Below are positions 49,836 through 62,474 of a stretch of DNA of 64,000 nucleotides, one piece after another. Within the stretch, counting starts at the first letter, position 1; each line of letters opens with the position of its first letter. A program made the translations under genes and the position numbers. This DNA comes from an uncultured Cellvibrionales bacterium (GTDB lineage: Bacteria; Pseudomonadota; Gammaproteobacteria; Pseudomonadales; Dasaniaceae). The stretch is taken from NCBI GenBank assembly GCA_913019905.1, contig CAJVZD010000001.1, positions 42,176 to 106,175 on the forward strand. The letters are read 5' to 3'. Under the pieces are notes generated by a model. That model was not told the DNA's origin and searched no databases. It saw only the letters and a list, made by a program, of their open reading frames with translations.

Positions 49836-49994
49836 CTACTTAGTGACAAGCCAAAGTGCGTGCACAACTCCCGGTAAAAAGAAAAGTAAACAGAGGACAA
49901 TGTTAATAATCAGGTCTTTACCAACGCCATTTTTTAGAAAAACCGCTACTGGTGGAAGGAATATTGCTAAGATAATAAGTACGACTTTATTCAT
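49836..49994 (-). CDS. YqaE/Pmp3 family small membrane protein (52 aa)
   Basis: MNKVVLIILAIFLPPVAVFLKNGVGKDLIINIVLCLLFFLPGVVHALWLVTK; below the ORF track cutoff. Confidence 0.9.
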   Translation of the reverse strand: MNKVVLIILAIFLPPVAVFLKNGVGKDLIINIVLCLLFFLPGVVHALWLVTK

Positions 49995-50127
49995 AATATA
50001 AGAGTCCTGCTAATTTTATTATTTAATTTTGGCTCATTAACACAGCCGATTACTTCACTAACTATAGTACGTGACTGCACTATAGTCTGTAAATGCTAGT
50101 TAATCTCTAGGTCTATTCCTCATAAAA

Positions 50128-51591
50128 CTAATCCGTTACGGGTACGACGCGAATGAGATCGGTGCCGCCTATCTGTTGAATTCTACCGGCGGTCACAACC
50201 ACAACGTCGCCTTCCTGTACGTATCCCAGGGATTTTGCTTTTCGTATTGCATATTCAATTTTTGCATCGTCGTTTACTTCACCCTGATAGTGTAACGCCA
50301 ACACACCCCAGTTAAGCGATAGGCGACGTACCACTTGCGGGCTCATCGTGACTGCCAATATCGGACATTCAGGGCGATATTTGGATATCATACGCGACGT
50401 GAAACCAGATTCTGTCAAACAGATAACAGCGGCAGCATTCATATGGTCAGTCATGGTTTTTGCAGCCTGACTAACCGCTTCAGTCACCACGTGATACTCG
50501 TTGGCAATAGTACGCTGGAGATAGCCGTATTCTTTCAACTTTGCTTCGGCACTGAGCGCTACCGATGACATGGTGGCGACTGTTTCGACCGGATATTTAC
50601 CAATCGCAGTTTCCCCCGACAGCATAACCGCCGACGTTCCATCAAAAATGGCGTTAGCAACATCACTGACTTCTGCCCGGGTCGGCATCGGGCTTCGTTC
50701 CATGCTGTCCAGCATTTGTGTCGCCGTGATCACAGGTTTTCCTTTCAGGACAGTAGAGGCGATAATTTTCTTTTGTATATTCGGGACTTCCTCCAATGGA
50801 ACTTCAACGCCGAGATCTCCACGCGCGACCATAATTCCATCAGCGGCGCTGATAATTTCCTCTAGGTTCTCCACGCCGGTGTGATTTTCTATTTTGGCAA
50901 TGATAGGAATATGAGGATTATCATTATCAGCCAACACTTTACGTATATCGGCTATATCCTCCGCACTTTGCACAAAGGATGCAGCGATATAGTCGACATT
51001 ATGCAGGGCGGCAAAAGCGAGATCTTTTTCATCCTGTTCGCTTAATCCACTCAACTGTAATTTCGTGGCGGGTAGATTTACGCCTTTGCGGTTTCCCAAC
51101 ATACCGCCGTTAACGACCGCACAACACAAGTAATCCGGAAAACAGCTTTTTACCTGCAAACGAATCGCACCGTCATCCAGTAGAATCGGATCACCTTCGT
51201 TTATTTCAGCGGGAAGATTCTTGTAAGAGACGCTAACACCTTCCGCAGTACCGATACGATCATCGGTATACAGATTAAATTCTTCTTTCGCGATAAGTTC
51301 TACATTAGCGCCTTCGAGTAGGCCAGTGCGAATCTCAATGCCTTTTGTATCAACAAGGATTGCCACATTGACATCAACCGCCGCTGAACAACGGCGTACG
51401 CGCTCAATTCGAACGAGGTGTTCTTCGTGACTGCCATGAGAAAAATTCAAGCGAGTGACATTCACCCCAGCCTTAATCATTTCTTCCAAAATGCTATCGT
51501 TGTCGCAGGCAGGTCCCACCGTTGCAATCACTTTCGTTTTTCTAAAGCTGGACTTACCGGAATCTTCGTTATTACGCTTTATTTCAGACAA
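50128..51591 (-). CDS. pyk: Pyruvate kinase
   Basis: RKTKVIATVGPA, RLNFSHG, DTKGIEIR, AKIE, MVARGDLGVE, TATQMLDSM, MLSGETA. Confidence 0.97.
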   Translation of the reverse strand: MSEIKRNNEDSGKSSFRKTKVIATVGPACDNDSILEEMIKAGVNVTRLNFSHGSHEEHLVRIERVRRCSAAVDVNVAILVDTKGIEIRTGLLEGANVELIAKEEFNLYTDDRIGTAEGVSVSYKNLPAEINEGDPILLDDGAIRLQVKSCFPDYLCCAVVNGGMLGNRKGVNLPATKLQLSGLSEQDEKDLAFAALHNVDYIAASFVQSAEDIADIRKVLADNDNPHIPIIAKIENHTGVENLEEIISAADGIMVARGDLGVEVPLEEVPNIQKKIIASTVLKGKPVITATQMLDSMERSPMPTRAEVSDVANAIFDGTSAVMLSGETAIGKYPVETVATMSSVALSAEAKLKEYGYLQRTIANEYHVVTEAVSQAAKTMTDHMNAAAVICLTESGFTSRMISKYRPECPILAVTMSPQVVRRLSLNWGVLALHYQGEVNDDAKIEYAIRKAKSLGYVQEGDVVVVTAGRIQQIGGTDLIRVVPVTD

Positions 51592-51730
51592 AAATATTCT
51601 CCAGTTTTATCGATGTAAAAAATCATACTGCAGTTTAGACATTCTTTCATCCTATGGCCGTTGTATGCAGATATTAGCGAGAATTTTGTATGCGCCATCA
51701 ATACCACAACTAGAAAGACAGCCGCCCCCA

Positions 51731-52747
51731 CTAAACCACGAAATTACTCTTTTCGGAATTAGACTGTGATCTGATTTCAAAGTACTTGTCCATGGCGGCA
51801 TATATTTCACTGAGTATTATCGGCATTTCGTTTGCCAATTGATGTTTGCCGCTCGGTATTAAACACGTTTCCAGATTTGGGAATTTTTGTTGATATATCG
51901 GCAAGTTCTTTTTCCAGTCGACGGTGCCATCGCACTGTCCTTGAATAATAAGCGGCGCGCGGTTTGCTTCATCTTTATCAACTTTATTCAAGACACCTCC
52001 ATCAGAGTCATTGCTAGGGAGTGCTATAAATAGGTCAATCCAACGGGCTAAGGCTCCAACCCATTGCAGCGGTAAATCTCTCGCTTGCAGGGGGTCGTCA
52101 TGTTCAAGAAATCTCAGGAAGTTCTCGTCACCGGAATTATCAGAAAAATTACGTGGGATTTTCTTGATAAACTTTTTTAGTAAGTTATGACTCAATTTCG
52201 ACGCTCGCCATTTTACTGGATAAATTAGTGGCGCCAGCATCACGGATTGACGAAATTTTGTTACAGTGTTAGAAAGCATAAACTCCGACAATATTGCCCC
52301 TCCGGTACTCTGTGCAATAGCATTCCAGGGTAACGGAGTCTTATCGGAGAAAAAATCCACAATATCGCTTAAGACTTTTTGATAAATCGAGAAATCTTCA
52401 ATAGTCGCAGCTGCACCGGTAGACAATCCGTGGCCAGGTAAGTCAAATATAACCACGGAGAAATTTCGTTTGAGGCAATATTCCAATAGACGCCCGAAAA
52501 GCCCGGAATGGTCATAATAACCGTGCAGAATAAAACAGGTTTTGTCGGCTTGCTTGTTCGAAAAAAAGTGAGTGGATATCTCGAACTGATCACTTTTTAT
52601 CGATCCGAAATAGTGCTCAACGTCGTCTAATTTTTCTTCGAAGTTAATTTCATAATGTTGAAAATATTCTAACTCTTGTGTCGTAACATGAGGAGGTGTC
52701 AACAAATCGAGCGGTTTTATACCGCGCTTAACACTATCCAAATCCAT
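51731..52747 (-). CDS. Alpha/beta hydrolase (lysophospholipase / S33-like)
   Basis: LHGYYDH, DLPGHGLS, AQSTGG, DGTVDW, HQLANE. Confidence 0.88.
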   Translation of the reverse strand: MDLDSVKRGIKPLDLLTPPHVTTQELEYFQHYEINFEEKLDDVEHYFGSIKSDQFEISTHFFSNKQADKTCFILHGYYDHSGLFGRLLEYCLKRNFSVVIFDLPGHGLSTGAAATIEDFSIYQKVLSDIVDFFSDKTPLPWNAIAQSTGGAILSEFMLSNTVTKFRQSVMLAPLIYPVKWRASKLSHNLLKKFIKKIPRNFSDNSGDENFLRFLEHDDPLQARDLPLQWVGALARWIDLFIALPSNDSDGGVLNKVDKDEANRAPLIIQGQCDGTVDWKKNLPIYQQKFPNLETCLIPSGKHQLANEMPIILSEIYAAMDKYFEIRSQSNSEKSNFVV

Positions 52748-52767
52748 TACTGATCATTCCTGCTAGA

Positions 52768-53832
52768 TTAATTTATTTTGGGTTCTAACTCACCGGACTC
52801 GTAACGATTAGACATAGTTTCTAAGTTAAGCGGTTGAATTTTTGCAGCATTTCCCGCTGCACCAAAGGCTTCATAGCGCATAACACATAAGTTTTTCATC
52901 TCAAGAATCGTTTTTTGCAAATACTTACGTGGATCAAATTCTGATTTGTTTTCAGCCAAAAATTTCCTCACTGCCCCGGTAGAAACCAAACGTAGATCGG
53001 TATCAATATTTACTTTTCGAACGCCATGTTTAATCCCTTCTACGATTTGTTCAACGGGTACACCATAGGTTTCGGGTATTTCTCCACCGAACTCATTAAT
53101 AATTGATAGCCACTCCTGAGGGACAGAGGAAGACCCGTGCATCACCAGATGTGTTCCGGGAATACGATTGTGAATGTCTTTTATCCGATCGATGGCCAAT
53201 ATATCGTCGGTGGGTGGACGGGTAAACTTGTAGGCGCCGTGGCTCGTGCCACAGGCAATAGCCAGCGCATCTACCTGGGTTTTTTGCACAAAATCGGCAG
53301 CTTCTTCTGGGTCAGTGAGCATTTGCTCATGTGATAAGACTCCTTCAGCACCCACACCATCTTCTTCACCCGCTTGACCCGTTTCGAGAGATCCGAGACA
53401 CCCTAGCTCGCCTTCCACAGATACACCCCCAGCGTGAGCCATCGCGACTGCTTGACGAGTGACGTCAACATTGTATTCGTAGCTGGAAGGTGTTTTTCCA
53501 TCCTCTTCCAGCGAACCGTCCATCATCACCGACGAAAAACCCAATTGGATCGATCGCTGGCAAATTGCTGGGCTCGTGCCGTGGTCCTGATGCATTACCA
53601 CAGGTATTTCCGGAAACTCCTCAATAGCGGCCAAAATCAAATGACGCAGGAAAGGTGCACCCGCGTATTTTCGGGCGCCGGCCGACGCCTGCATGATCAC
53701 TGGACTATTGGTCTGCCGCGCAGCTTCCATAATGGCTCGGGTTTGTTCGAGATTGTTGACATTAAATGCAGGTACACCGTAGCTATATTCAGCTGCATGA
53801 TCCAGCATTTGTCGCATTGAAATAAGTGCCAT
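52768..53832 (-). CDS. fba: Fructose-bisphosphate aldolase class II
   Basis: [38 protein letters not shown]. Confidence 0.97.
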   Translation of the reverse strand: MALISMRQMLDHAAEYSYGVPAFNVNNLEQTRAIMEAARQTNSPVIMQASAGARKYAGAPFLRHLILAAIEEFPEIPVVMHQDHGTSPAICQRSIQLGFSSVMMDGSLEEDGKTPSSYEYNVDVTRQAVAMAHAGGVSVEGELGCLGSLETGQAGEEDGVGAEGVLSHEQMLTDPEEAADFVQKTQVDALAIACGTSHGAYKFTRPPTDDILAIDRIKDIHNRIPGTHLVMHGSSSVPQEWLSIINEFGGEIPETYGVPVEQIVEGIKHGVRKVNIDTDLRLVSTGAVRKFLAENKSEFDPRKYLQKTILEMKNLCVMRYEAFGAAGNAAKIQPLNLETMSNRYESGELEPKIN

Positions 53833-54076
53833 GGTTTCTTCCTTAGGTATTCAAAATGGATATTGGGTGAAGAATGTTTATGTTTATTCTAGATTTTTTG
53901 CTTAACGAGCAGCGAGCTCTCAAGCCCGTTTCAATTAGACGATTCGCTAGACCGTTACAGCTATACGCGCCGACTAATTAAGGACCTTATTGGGGTCCTG
54001 TGGTTTCAGGCCGTTGATCTTCAACCCCGCGCAAAATGCTATCTGAGGCTCAGATTATCAACGGAAGCTGAAACGA

Positions 54077-55258
54077 TCAATTTGAGCTTTTGTTCTTTGC
54101 TCTCTCTTCAAGTATAGCAACAGCCGGTAAGATTTTTCCTTCTACATACTCTAAAAAAGCCCCACCGCCTGTAGATATGTAAGAAATTTTATCGGAAATT
54201 CCGTATTTGTCTATCGCTGCGAGTGTGTCGCCGCCGCCAGCGACAGAAAAAGCACCACTATTGGCGATGGCATGACTTAAAGCTTCAGTCCCCCCACCAA
54301 ACTGGTCAAACTCGAATACACCGACGGGACCGTTCCACAAAATCGTTCTCGCATTTTTTAAAATCTGTGATATCTGGTCGATAGTTTCAGGACCAATGTC
54401 AAAGATCATGTCTTCGCTGCCAACATCATCCGCCGACTTGATACTGGCCGGCGCTGCTGCGGAAAATTCCGTTCCGGTGACTACGTCTACGGGTATCGGG
54501 ATCTCTGTTTTTTTGATTAGCGCTTTAGCATTATCAATCAAGCCGTGTTCACAAAGCGACTTGCCCACGGGTTTGCCACTCGCCGCCAGGAAGGTATTGG
54601 CAATCCCGCCTCCGACAATCAGTTGATCAACCACGTCCGACAAGGTTTCCAATACCGTCAGTTTTGTCGATACTTTGGATCCACCCACAATGGCGACCAT
54701 CGGTCTGGCCGGATTAGCTAAAACTTTTGCCAAGGCATCTAACTCGCCAGCTAAAAGAGGGCCAGCACAGGCAATCGGTGCGTATTGAGATACCCCGTGG
54801 GTAGAGGCTTGCGCGCGATGGGCCGTGCCAAATGCATCCATGACGAAAATATCGCAAAGTCCAGCATATGCTCTGGACAGAGACTCGGTATTTTTTTTCT
54901 CTCCGCGATTGAATCGAACATTTTCTAGCAGCACGACCTCACCGGCATTCAAGGTTAAGCCATCGCTCCAGTCCTTGATTAACGGAACGTTCCGATCGAG
55001 TAACCCGGCAAGATGATTAGCTACCGGTTGCAGCGAGAATTCTTCGTCGAACTCTCCTTCAATTGGTCGGCCCAAATGAGACATCACGATGACTTTTGCT
55101 CCCGCATCCAAAGCCAACTGAATAGAGGGTAATGCGGCTCTTATCCGCGCGTCACTGGATACTTTACCGTCTTTCACAGGCACATTGAGATCTTCGCGAA
55201 TCAATACGGTTTTACTCGCCAGATCCAAATCAGTCATTTTAATTACCGATAGCGACAT
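54077..55258 (-). CDS. pgk: Phosphoglycerate kinase
   Basis: [44 protein letters not shown]. Confidence 0.98.
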   Translation of the reverse strand: MSLSVIKMTDLDLASKTVLIREDLNVPVKDGKVSSDARIRAALPSIQLALDAGAKVIVMSHLGRPIEGEFDEEFSLQPVANHLAGLLDRNVPLIKDWSDGLTLNAGEVVLLENVRFNRGEKKNTESLSRAYAGLCDIFVMDAFGTAHRAQASTHGVSQYAPIACAGPLLAGELDALAKVLANPARPMVAIVGGSKVSTKLTVLETLSDVVDQLIVGGGIANTFLAASGKPVGKSLCEHGLIDNAKALIKKTEIPIPVDVVTGTEFSAAAPASIKSADDVGSEDMIFDIGPETIDQISQILKNARTILWNGPVGVFEFDQFGGGTEALSHAIANSGAFSVAGGGDTLAAIDKYGISDKISYISTGGGAFLEYVEGKILPAVAILEERAKNKSSN

Positions 55259-55298
55259 TTTATTTTATTTCCTCTAATTCGTTTTGAGCAGCTGAGTA

Positions 55299-56315
55299 TT
55301 ATACCCAATTTGACGCAACGTCTAGCATCCGATTAGCGTATCCCCATTCGTTATCGAACCAAATCAAGACGCTAATCAATTGTCCAGACACGCGGGTTTG
55401 TGCCGCGTCGACGATGCCAGATCGCGGGTCATGATTAAAGTCGCAGGACGCTAATGGCTCGTCGCTATAACCGAGAATACCTGAAAATTCGTTTTCTGTG
55501 GCCTGACGCAATACCTCGTTAACACGGTCCGCGCTGAAATCTTTTGATCCTATAGATCGTGCCGATACATTAACCGATAGTTCTATCACAGATACGTTCT
55601 GCGTTGGCACCCGCAACGCTCGCGCGGTAAACCTGCCATCCAGTTCGGGTAAAACCCGACCAATGCCTGCTGCCAATCCCGTATCAACGGGAATGATCGA
55701 TTGCCCCGCGGCACGCGTTTTCCTAAGGTCGGTGTGATGATAAGCATCGATGACCGGTTGATCGTTCATCGCGGAATGGATCGTGGTGATCATGCCTTCT
55801 CTCACAAGGAAGTTGCGATGCAAGATATCAATAACCGGGATAACACAGTTACTGGTACAGGAAGCTGCCGAAACAATGTGATCAGATGCTGCCAAACTCT
55901 GTTGATTCAACCCCATGACAATCGTCTTTAAAACGTGTTCACCAGGTGATGACAGCAATACGCGGTTCGCTCCCCGGTTGATGTGTTCTTGCAATTGAGA
56001 GCTTGTTAAAAACTGGCCGCTACATTCGAGTACGATATCAACGTTGTGGCTCGCCCACTCCAATTCGTCTATCCGGGAACGGTGGCTGACCGCAATGTCA
56101 TCTTGATTAACCTGCATGCCGCCCGAAATCGCTCGGATCTGGCCGGGAAACCGGCCATGAGTACTGTCGTATTTGCTTAGATGAACAACGGTCGCCAGGC
56201 TCGCAGGTTCGTTGATCGCAACGACCTGCATTTGCTGAGAGAACTCCGACTCGTATAATGCACGCAGCACGCAGCGTCCAATTCGACCGTATCCATTTAT
56301 CGCCAAACGCAACAT
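55299..56315 (-). CDS. epd: D-erythrose-4-phosphate dehydrogenase
   Basis: INGYGRIGR, ASCTSNC, TIHSAMNDQPVIDAYHHTDLR, WFDNEWG; between tkt and pgk. Confidence 0.92.
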   Translation of the reverse strand: MLRLAINGYGRIGRCVLRALYESEFSQQMQVVAINEPASLATVVHLSKYDSTHGRFPGQIRAISGGMQVNQDDIAVSHRSRIDELEWASHNVDIVLECSGQFLTSSQLQEHINRGANRVLLSSPGEHVLKTIVMGLNQQSLAASDHIVSAASCTSNCVIPVIDILHRNFLVREGMITTIHSAMNDQPVIDAYHHTDLRKTRAAGQSIIPVDTGLAAGIGRVLPELDGRFTARALRVPTQNVSVIELSVNVSARSIGSKDFSADRVNEVLRQATENEFSGILGYSDEPLASCDFNHDPRSGIVDAAQTRVSGQLISVLIWFDNEWGYANRMLDVASNWV

Positions 56316-56323
56316 GCGAATTG

Positions 56324-58321
56324 CTACCCCAGAGAATCTTCCACGGCATCAACCACGTTTTCGACTGTAAAGCCAAAGTGTTCCATCAAATCGCCAATGG
56401 GCGCCGATTCTCCGAAGGTTTCCATACCGACGATTCGACCATCCAATCCGACATATTTGTACCAGAAATCTCGGTGGCCAGCCTCGACGGCAACTCGCGC
56501 CAATATGTGGCTAGGTAGTACCGATTCCTTGTAGCTGGCATCCTGGTCGTCAAAGACATTTGTCGATGGCATTGATACTACTCGAATATTTTTTCCCTGT
56601 TCTGTGAGTCGTACTTTAGCATCCATGGCCAATTGGACTTCGGATCCAGTCGCAATAATTATTGCGTCGAGTTCACCCTCACAGTCACTCAATACATAAG
56701 CCCCGCGCGCAATATTGGCTACCTGCTCTGCATCGCGTTCCTGATGTTGCAAATTCTGGCGTGAGAAAACGAGCGCTGTAGGACCATCATCACATTCAAG
56801 GGCCGCTTTCCAGCTTACTGCGGATTCAACGGTATCACAGGGGCGCCAAGTATCGAGATTCGGCGTTGCACGCAAGGAGGTCAGTTGCTCTACCGGCTGA
56901 TGAGTTGGGCCATCCTCGCCAAGTCCGATAGAGTCATGGGTATAGACAAAAATAACCCTTTGACGCATTAATGCCGCCATACGCACGGCGTTACGCGCAT
57001 ACTCGGTAAACATAAGAAACGTTGCACCGTAGGGTACAAAGCCGCCATGTAAAGCAATACCATTCATCATGGCCGACATTCCAAATTCACGAACACCGTA
57101 GTGGAGATAGTTACCACTTGCATCGTCGCCGGTAACAGGCTTGGAACCAGACCATAGGGTTAAATTCGACCCAGCCAGGTCGGCGGAGCCGCCGAGTAAT
57201 TCTGGCAGCAACGGACCAAAGGCATTAAGGTCATTTTGTGAAGCTTTACGCGAGGCAATCGTGGCGCCATCTTGCTGGCGTTGTCGGATAGTTTCAGCAG
57301 CTTGTACTGCAAAATCATCGGGCAGTTCGCCACTCAAACGACGGGCTAATTCCACCGCCAGTTCAGGATAGGATTCCGCGTAACTATCAAATCGAGCATT
57401 CCAGTCTTTTTCCTGCACAGCGCCTTTATCTTTTGCGCTCCAACCGGCATAAACGTCGCTGGGCACAAAGAATGGGGCATGAGACCAACCCAAAGTTTCA
57501 CGGACCAAAGCCACTTCGTCCACGCCTAAAGCTGCGCCGTGACAATCTTCTTTACCCTGCTTGTTTGGCGAGCCTTTGCCAATGATTGTTTTACAACAGA
57601 TCATGGTCGGCTTGTTAGTTTCAGCCCGTCCTGCATGAATAGCTTCAGTAATAGCATTGGCATCATGACCGTCCACATTGGCAATCACCTGCCAGCCATA
57701 AGACTCGAAACGTTTTGGCGTATCATCGGTAAACCATCCTTCAACTTCACCATCAATTGATATGCCGTTATCGTCATAAAAACAAATTAACTTACCGAGC
57801 CCCAATGTCCCGGCCAATGAACAGGCCTCGTGGGAAATACCTTCCATCATGCAGCCGTCACCAAGAAAGGTATAAGTAAAGTGGTTAACAATGTCATGGC
57901 CCTCTTTATTGAACTGGGCAGCGAGTATTTTTTCAGCGGTCGCCATACCAACAGCGTTGGTAATCCCCTGTCCGAGCGGACCAGTGGTTGTTTCAACTCC
58001 TGGCGCGTAGCCATATTCCGGATGGCCGGGCGTTTTCGAATGCATTTGACGGAAATTCTTTAACTCCTCCATCGGCAATTCGTAACCACTCAGGTGCAAT
58101 AACGAATAAATCAACATAGACCCATGGCCGTTCGACAAGACAAAACGGTCTCTATCGGGCCAGTTTGGGTTCGCGGGGTTATGCTGCAAAAAATCATTCC
58201 ATAGAACTTCGGCAATGTCGGCCATACCCATTGGTGCACCGGGGTGGCCGGAATTGGCCTGTTGCACAGCGTCCATGCTGAGGACGCGGATGGCGTTGGC
58301 TAATTCGCTACGAGAGGGCAT
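56324..58321 (-). CDS. tkt: Transketolase
   Basis: [47 protein letters not shown]; start MPSRSEL at 58321 with RBS GGAG. Confidence 0.98.
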   Translation of the reverse strand: MPSRSELANAIRVLSMDAVQQANSGHPGAPMGMADIAEVLWNDFLQHNPANPNWPDRDRFVLSNGHGSMLIYSLLHLSGYELPMEELKNFRQMHSKTPGHPEYGYAPGVETTTGPLGQGITNAVGMATAEKILAAQFNKEGHDIVNHFTYTFLGDGCMMEGISHEACSLAGTLGLGKLICFYDDNGISIDGEVEGWFTDDTPKRFESYGWQVIANVDGHDANAITEAIHAGRAETNKPTMICCKTIIGKGSPNKQGKEDCHGAALGVDEVALVRETLGWSHAPFFVPSDVYAGWSAKDKGAVQEKDWNARFDSYAESYPELAVELARRLSGELPDDFAVQAAETIRQRQQDGATIASRKASQNDLNAFGPLLPELLGGSADLAGSNLTLWSGSKPVTGDDASGNYLHYGVREFGMSAMMNGIALHGGFVPYGATFLMFTEYARNAVRMAALMRQRVIFVYTHDSIGLGEDGPTHQPVEQLTSLRATPNLDTWRPCDTVESAVSWKAALECDDGPTALVFSRQNLQHQERDAEQVANIARGAYVLSDCEGELDAIIIATGSEVQLAMDAKVRLTEQGKNIRVVSMPSTNVFDDQDASYKESVLPSHILARVAVEAGHRDFWYKYVGLDGRIVGMETFGESAPIGDLMEHFGFTVENVVDAVEDSLG

Positions 58322-58590
58322 TTGGAAACTCCTGGAGAGGTCTAATGAAAAAGGCGCCCATTTTCCCCTACCTGCGCCGCTTCGGCAATTGCTGGAGAGA
58401 AAAAAACCGCTGTAAACGCGCTGAAATTGCACAATTGGTACGTATCAACAGTAAAATTTGCCAATCTTCGACTCACGCAGGACCAATTGAACAACTTTTT
58501 CTTTTCGGTCTGGGCCCGAGAGCAAAGGATGGGATAATCAATATCGTAAACCGGGACTTAATAAGTACAAGAATCTCGTTGCTTTATGAC

Positions 58591-58616
58591 TCTATATCAA
58601 TATATTTTGATATAGA
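58591..58616. promoter_or_regulatory. SahR operator palindrome
   Basis: TCTATATCAA-TATATT-TTGATATAGA, resembling the ATATCAA...TTGATAT SahR box, directly upstream of the ArsR-methyltransferase gene. Confidence 0.8.
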
Positions 58617-58643
58617 TGTAAGTTGCTGCTAAACTCTGCGGCA

Positions 58644-59660
58644 ATGACTCTTCAAGCCAACACCAAAATCGTTCCAATCGCTGAACAGCCGGCCGATTCG
58701 GGAGCCTTGTTAAAGCTCTGTAAAGCCTGCGCGGATCAACTGCGCCTCGATATTCTACAAGTGCTTAGCAGCGACTCTTTTGGGGTTTTAGAACTTTGCA
58801 GCATTTTCGACAGCAAACAATCCGGCATGAGTCATCACTTAAAAATCCTCGCCAACGCTGATCTCGTCATCACCCGCCGGGAGGGAAATTCCATTTTTTA
58901 CCGCAGATCCTATCAGCGGGATTATGAAAACCCTGATGCTGCGCTGAATACCCTGCAACTTGCTTTACATGGAGCGATTGATCAGAGACCGTTATCAACT
59001 GATATTCAACAACGGGTAAAGTTGGTGCAGGATGAACGCGCTGCAAGATCACAGGAATTTTTTAACGAAAACGCGAAATTATTTCGGCAACAGCAAGAAC
59101 AGATAGCCGACTTTGAGCTATATGGCCCCAACGCTAGCGAGCTACTCGACAAGTATCTTTCGCGCGGTCAAACCTCGGGCGTCGCATTAGAAGTTGGGCC
59201 TGGAGAAGGCGCCTTTCTGTCTGAACTCGCGCCCCGCTTTTCGCAGGTTTATGCGCTCGATAATTCTGAACAAATGTTGGAGGCAGCTGAACAGTACGCC
59301 AATACAAACAATTTAAAGAATATTACCTTTATAAACGGTGATACCAAACACGAACAATTGCAATCACTCAGCGCTGACTGCGTGGTGATCAATATGGTAT
59401 TACATCATATTCCCTCGCCAGCGGATATGTTTCTTGATATCAGCAAAGTCCTTAAGGCAAAGGGCTCATTGATCGTAACGGACCTTTGCAGCCACGATCA
59501 GGCTTGGGCGAGAGAGTCGTGCGGAGATGTGTGGCTGGGCTTTCATCCGGACGATTTGACCCAGTGGGCAGCGGATGCGGGCTTTAAAACAGCGGAAAGT
59601 ATATTTTTGGCGCAGCGAAATGGTTTTCGCGTTCAAATTCGACAATTTATTAAACTTTAA
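58644..59660 (+). CDS. sahR: ArsR-HTH + SAM-methyltransferase-fold regulator of the SAM cycle
   Basis: QSGMSHHLKIL, RREGNSIFY, LEVGPGEG, NMVLHH, CGDVWLGF; heads the metK-ahcY-metF operon. Start uncertain (TTG 58623 or ATG 58644). Confidence 0.85.
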   Translation: MTLQANTKIVPIAEQPADSGALLKLCKACADQLRLDILQVLSSDSFGVLELCSIFDSKQSGMSHHLKILANADLVITRREGNSIFYRRSYQRDYENPDAALNTLQLALHGAIDQRPLSTDIQQRVKLVQDERAARSQEFFNENAKLFRQQQEQIADFELYGPNASELLDKYLSRGQTSGVALEVGPGEGAFLSELAPRFSQVYALDNSEQMLEAAEQYANTNNLKNITFINGDTKHEQLQSLSADCVVINMVLHHIPSPADMFLDISKVLKAKGSLIVTDLCSHDQAWARESCGDVWLGFHPDDLTQWAADAGFKTAESIFLAQRNGFRVQIRQFIKL

Positions 59661-59698
59661 CAATTTAGAAATTATACCGACAGCGAGAGGAACATCTA

Positions 59699-60913
59699 AT
59701 GTCAGAATATTCAGTTTTTACTTCAGAGTCAGTTTCTGAAGGTCATCCGGACAAATTGGCGGACCAAATTTCCGACGCTGTACTCGACGCAATTATTTGT
59801 CGAGACCCAATGGCTCGCGTAGCAGTCGAGACAATGGTTAAGACGGGCATGGCGATCGTCGCCGGCGAGCTCACTACCTCTTGTTATGTCGATTTAGAAG
59901 ATATCATTCGAAAAGTGATTCTCGACATTGGTTACGACAGTTCAGCGGTCGGCTTTGACGGCGCAACCTGCGCGATTATCAATGCGATTGGCAAGCAATC
60001 TGTCGATATCAATATGGGCGTAGATAGAGCTAAACCGGAAGACCAAGGAGCCGGCGACCAGGGATTAATGTTCGGTTACGCCACTAACGAAACCGATTCA
60101 TTAATGCCCGCAGCGGTTTATTACTCACACCGCCTAGTCGAGAGGCAGGCAAAATTACGAAAAGAAGGGGTTTTGCCCTGGTTGCGACCGGATGCCAAAT
60201 CTCAAGTCAGCTTGCGTTATGAAAATGGTAAACCGGTAGCCATTGACGCCGTGGTTCTTTCGACTCAACACGACCCCGATATTTCATTGGAAGAATTACG
60301 CGCTGCTATTAAAGAACAGGTGATTTTGCCCGTTCTGCCGGAGAACTGGCTACACGACGACACTTTATTCCACATCAACCCGACCGGAAATTTTGTGATC
60401 GGCGGACCGGTAGGCGATTGTGGATTGACGGGACGTAAGATCATTGTAGACACCTACGGCGGCATGGCGCGCCACGGTGGCGGTGCCTTCTCGGGTAAAG
60501 ATCCATCAAAAGTAGATCGTTCGGCCGCCTATGCTGGTCGTTATGTGGCAAAAAATGTCGTAGCTGCCGGTATCGCTGACCGCTGTGAAATTCAGGTGTC
60601 CTATGCTATTGGTGTGGCAGAGCCCACCTCAATTTCTGTTAATACCTTTGGCACTGGCAAAGTCTCCGACGAAAAGTTAGTCACCGCCATCCGCGAAGTT
60701 TTTGACCTGAGACCTTATGCCATTACAAAGATGCTGGATTTACAACACCCTATGTATCGTTTGACGGCTGCCTACGGACACTTCGGTAGAGAACCTTTTG
60801 AATCAACTTATAGCTGGAACGAAGACGGTGTAGAAAAATCAGATACATTTACTGCCTTCACCTGGGAAAAAACTGATCGTATTGAAGCATTGACCAAAGC
60901 CTTAAACCTCTAA
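59699..60913 (+). CDS. metK: S-adenosylmethionine synthetase
   Basis: [39 protein letters not shown]. Confidence 0.98.
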   Translation: MSEYSVFTSESVSEGHPDKLADQISDAVLDAIICRDPMARVAVETMVKTGMAIVAGELTTSCYVDLEDIIRKVILDIGYDSSAVGFDGATCAIINAIGKQSVDINMGVDRAKPEDQGAGDQGLMFGYATNETDSLMPAAVYYSHRLVERQAKLRKEGVLPWLRPDAKSQVSLRYENGKPVAIDAVVLSTQHDPDISLEELRAAIKEQVILPVLPENWLHDDTLFHINPTGNFVIGGPVGDCGLTGRKIIVDTYGGMARHGGGAFSGKDPSKVDRSAAYAGRYVAKNVVAAGIADRCEIQVSYAIGVAEPTSISVNTFGTGKVSDEKLVTAIREVFDLRPYAITKMLDLQHPMYRLTAAYGHFGREPFESTYSWNEDGVEKSDTFTAFTWEKTDRIEALTKALNL

Positions 60914-60975
60914 TTTTAAACTAAATAGTTGCATAACGTGTCCTTAGCCGTTTTGCCCATAAAAGGAAAAATATC

Positions 60976-62343
60976 ATGAGTCATGATTATAAAGTTGCCG
61001 ATATCAGCCTGGCCGAATGGGGCCGCAAAGAACTAGACATTGCGGAATCAGAAATGCCTGCGCTAATGGCGATGCGCGAAAAATACAGCGCTAGCAAACC
61101 GCTTGCCGGAGCAAAAATCCTTGGTTGTATTCATATGACTATTCAAACAGGCGTGCTGATTGAAACGCTGTCTGCGTTAGGCGCTGAAGTGCGCTGGTCG
61201 TCCTGCAACATTTTCTCTACGCAGGATCACGCAGCCGCAGCCATTGCCGCAACCGGTGTATCGGTTTATGCATGGAAAGGCGAGACCGAAGAAGAATACG
61301 ACTGGTGCCTGGAGCAAACCATCCTAAAAGACGGTCAACCCTGGGCAGCCAACATGGTACTGGATGATGGTGGCGACCTTACATTGATGCTTCACGAAAA
61401 ATACCCAGACATGTTAGACAACATCCACGGAATCACGGAGGAAACTACAACAGGCGTTCATCGCCTACAGGAAATGCTGGATGAAGGAACCCTAAAAGTT
61501 CCCGCTATCAACGTCAATGATTCCGTCACCAAATCGAAAAATGATAACAAGTATGGATGTCGCCATTCGCTTAATGACGCTATAAAACGCGGTACCGATC
61601 ATTTATTGTCAGGTAAAAAAGCCCTCGTTATTGGTTACGGGGATGTGGGCAAAGGATCAGCTCAATCGCTTCGCCAAGAAGGTATGATTGTTAAAATATC
61701 AGAAATCGACCCTATTTGTGCCATGCAAGCGTGTATGGATGGATTTGAAGTTGTATCTCCTTACAATGACGGGATTAACACGGGTAAGGTTGAAGATACC
61801 AATAAATTGTTGCTGGGAAATACCGATTTGGTTGTCACCACCACGGGCAATTTTAATGTTTGCGATTCAGCCATATTAAGGTCGTTAAAAACCGGCGCAG
61901 TCGTCAGCAACATTGGTCATTTCGACAACGAGATAGACACAGCCTTTATGCGAGAAAATTGGGAGTGGGATGAAGTTAAACCCCAGGTGCATAAAGTCTA
62001 TCGCGACAAAGATAGTAACGATTACTTGATACTCTTGTCGGAAGGTAGGTTAGTGAATCTTGGCAATGCCACGGGGCATCCTTCTAGAATTATGGACGGA
62101 TCGTTTTCCAATCAGGTGTTGGCGCAAATTCATCTATACGCATTAAAATTTGCGGATCTTGACTCAAGCGCAAAGAACGATGCCATCACCCTAGAAGTAT
62201 TGCCAAAGAAACTGGACGAAGAAGTTGCCGCGGATATGGTACGGGGGTTTGGTGGGGTCGTCACTCAATTGACGCAGGCACAAGCAGACTATATCAACGT
62301 CGCTGTTGAAGGTCCGTTTAAAGTTGACTCCTACAAGTATTAA
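60976..62343 (+). CDS. ahcY: Adenosylhomocysteinase
   Basis: [54 protein letters not shown]. Confidence 0.98.
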   Translation: MSHDYKVADISLAEWGRKELDIAESEMPALMAMREKYSASKPLAGAKILGCIHMTIQTGVLIETLSALGAEVRWSSCNIFSTQDHAAAAIAATGVSVYAWKGETEEEYDWCLEQTILKDGQPWAANMVLDDGGDLTLMLHEKYPDMLDNIHGITEETTTGVHRLQEMLDEGTLKVPAINVNDSVTKSKNDNKYGCRHSLNDAIKRGTDHLLSGKKALVIGYGDVGKGSAQSLRQEGMIVKISEIDPICAMQACMDGFEVVSPYNDGINTGKVEDTNKLLLGNTDLVVTTTGNFNVCDSAILRSLKTGAVVSNIGHFDNEIDTAFMRENWEWDEVKPQVHKVYRDKDSNDYLILLSEGRLVNLGNATGHPSRIMDGSFSNQVLAQIHLYALKFADLDSSAKNDAITLEVLPKKLDEEVAADMVRGFGGVVTQLTQAQADYINVAVEGPFKVDSYKY

Positions 62344-62350
62344 GGCACGA

Positions 62351-62427
62351 TAAGTCGTTGTCGCAGCAAATCACCGCGACCTGGTCCTTCGATCAGATCG
62401 CGGGTTGAAGTGTCGCAACGACACTTA
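62351..62427. other. Long imperfect stem-loop between ahcY and metF
   Basis: Inner CCGCGA-C-CTGGTC/CTTC/GATCAG-A-TCGCGG, outer GTCGTTG/CAACGAC and TAAG/CTTA. Confidence 0.6.
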
Positions 62428-62474
62428 CATCTCATTTACTATTGCTATCAATCCATTTAATCAAAGACATTGCC

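Noticed and set aside
58322-58432. Long N-terminal extensions in the ORF track for tkt (and similarly ribC, Fe-ADH, aminotransferase, metF)
   Set aside because: Family N-termini and RBS positions point to downstream starts.
60914-60975. SAH or SAM riboswitch upstream of ahcY
   Set aside because: The gap is only 62 bp with no consensus; control is explained by the SahR palindrome.
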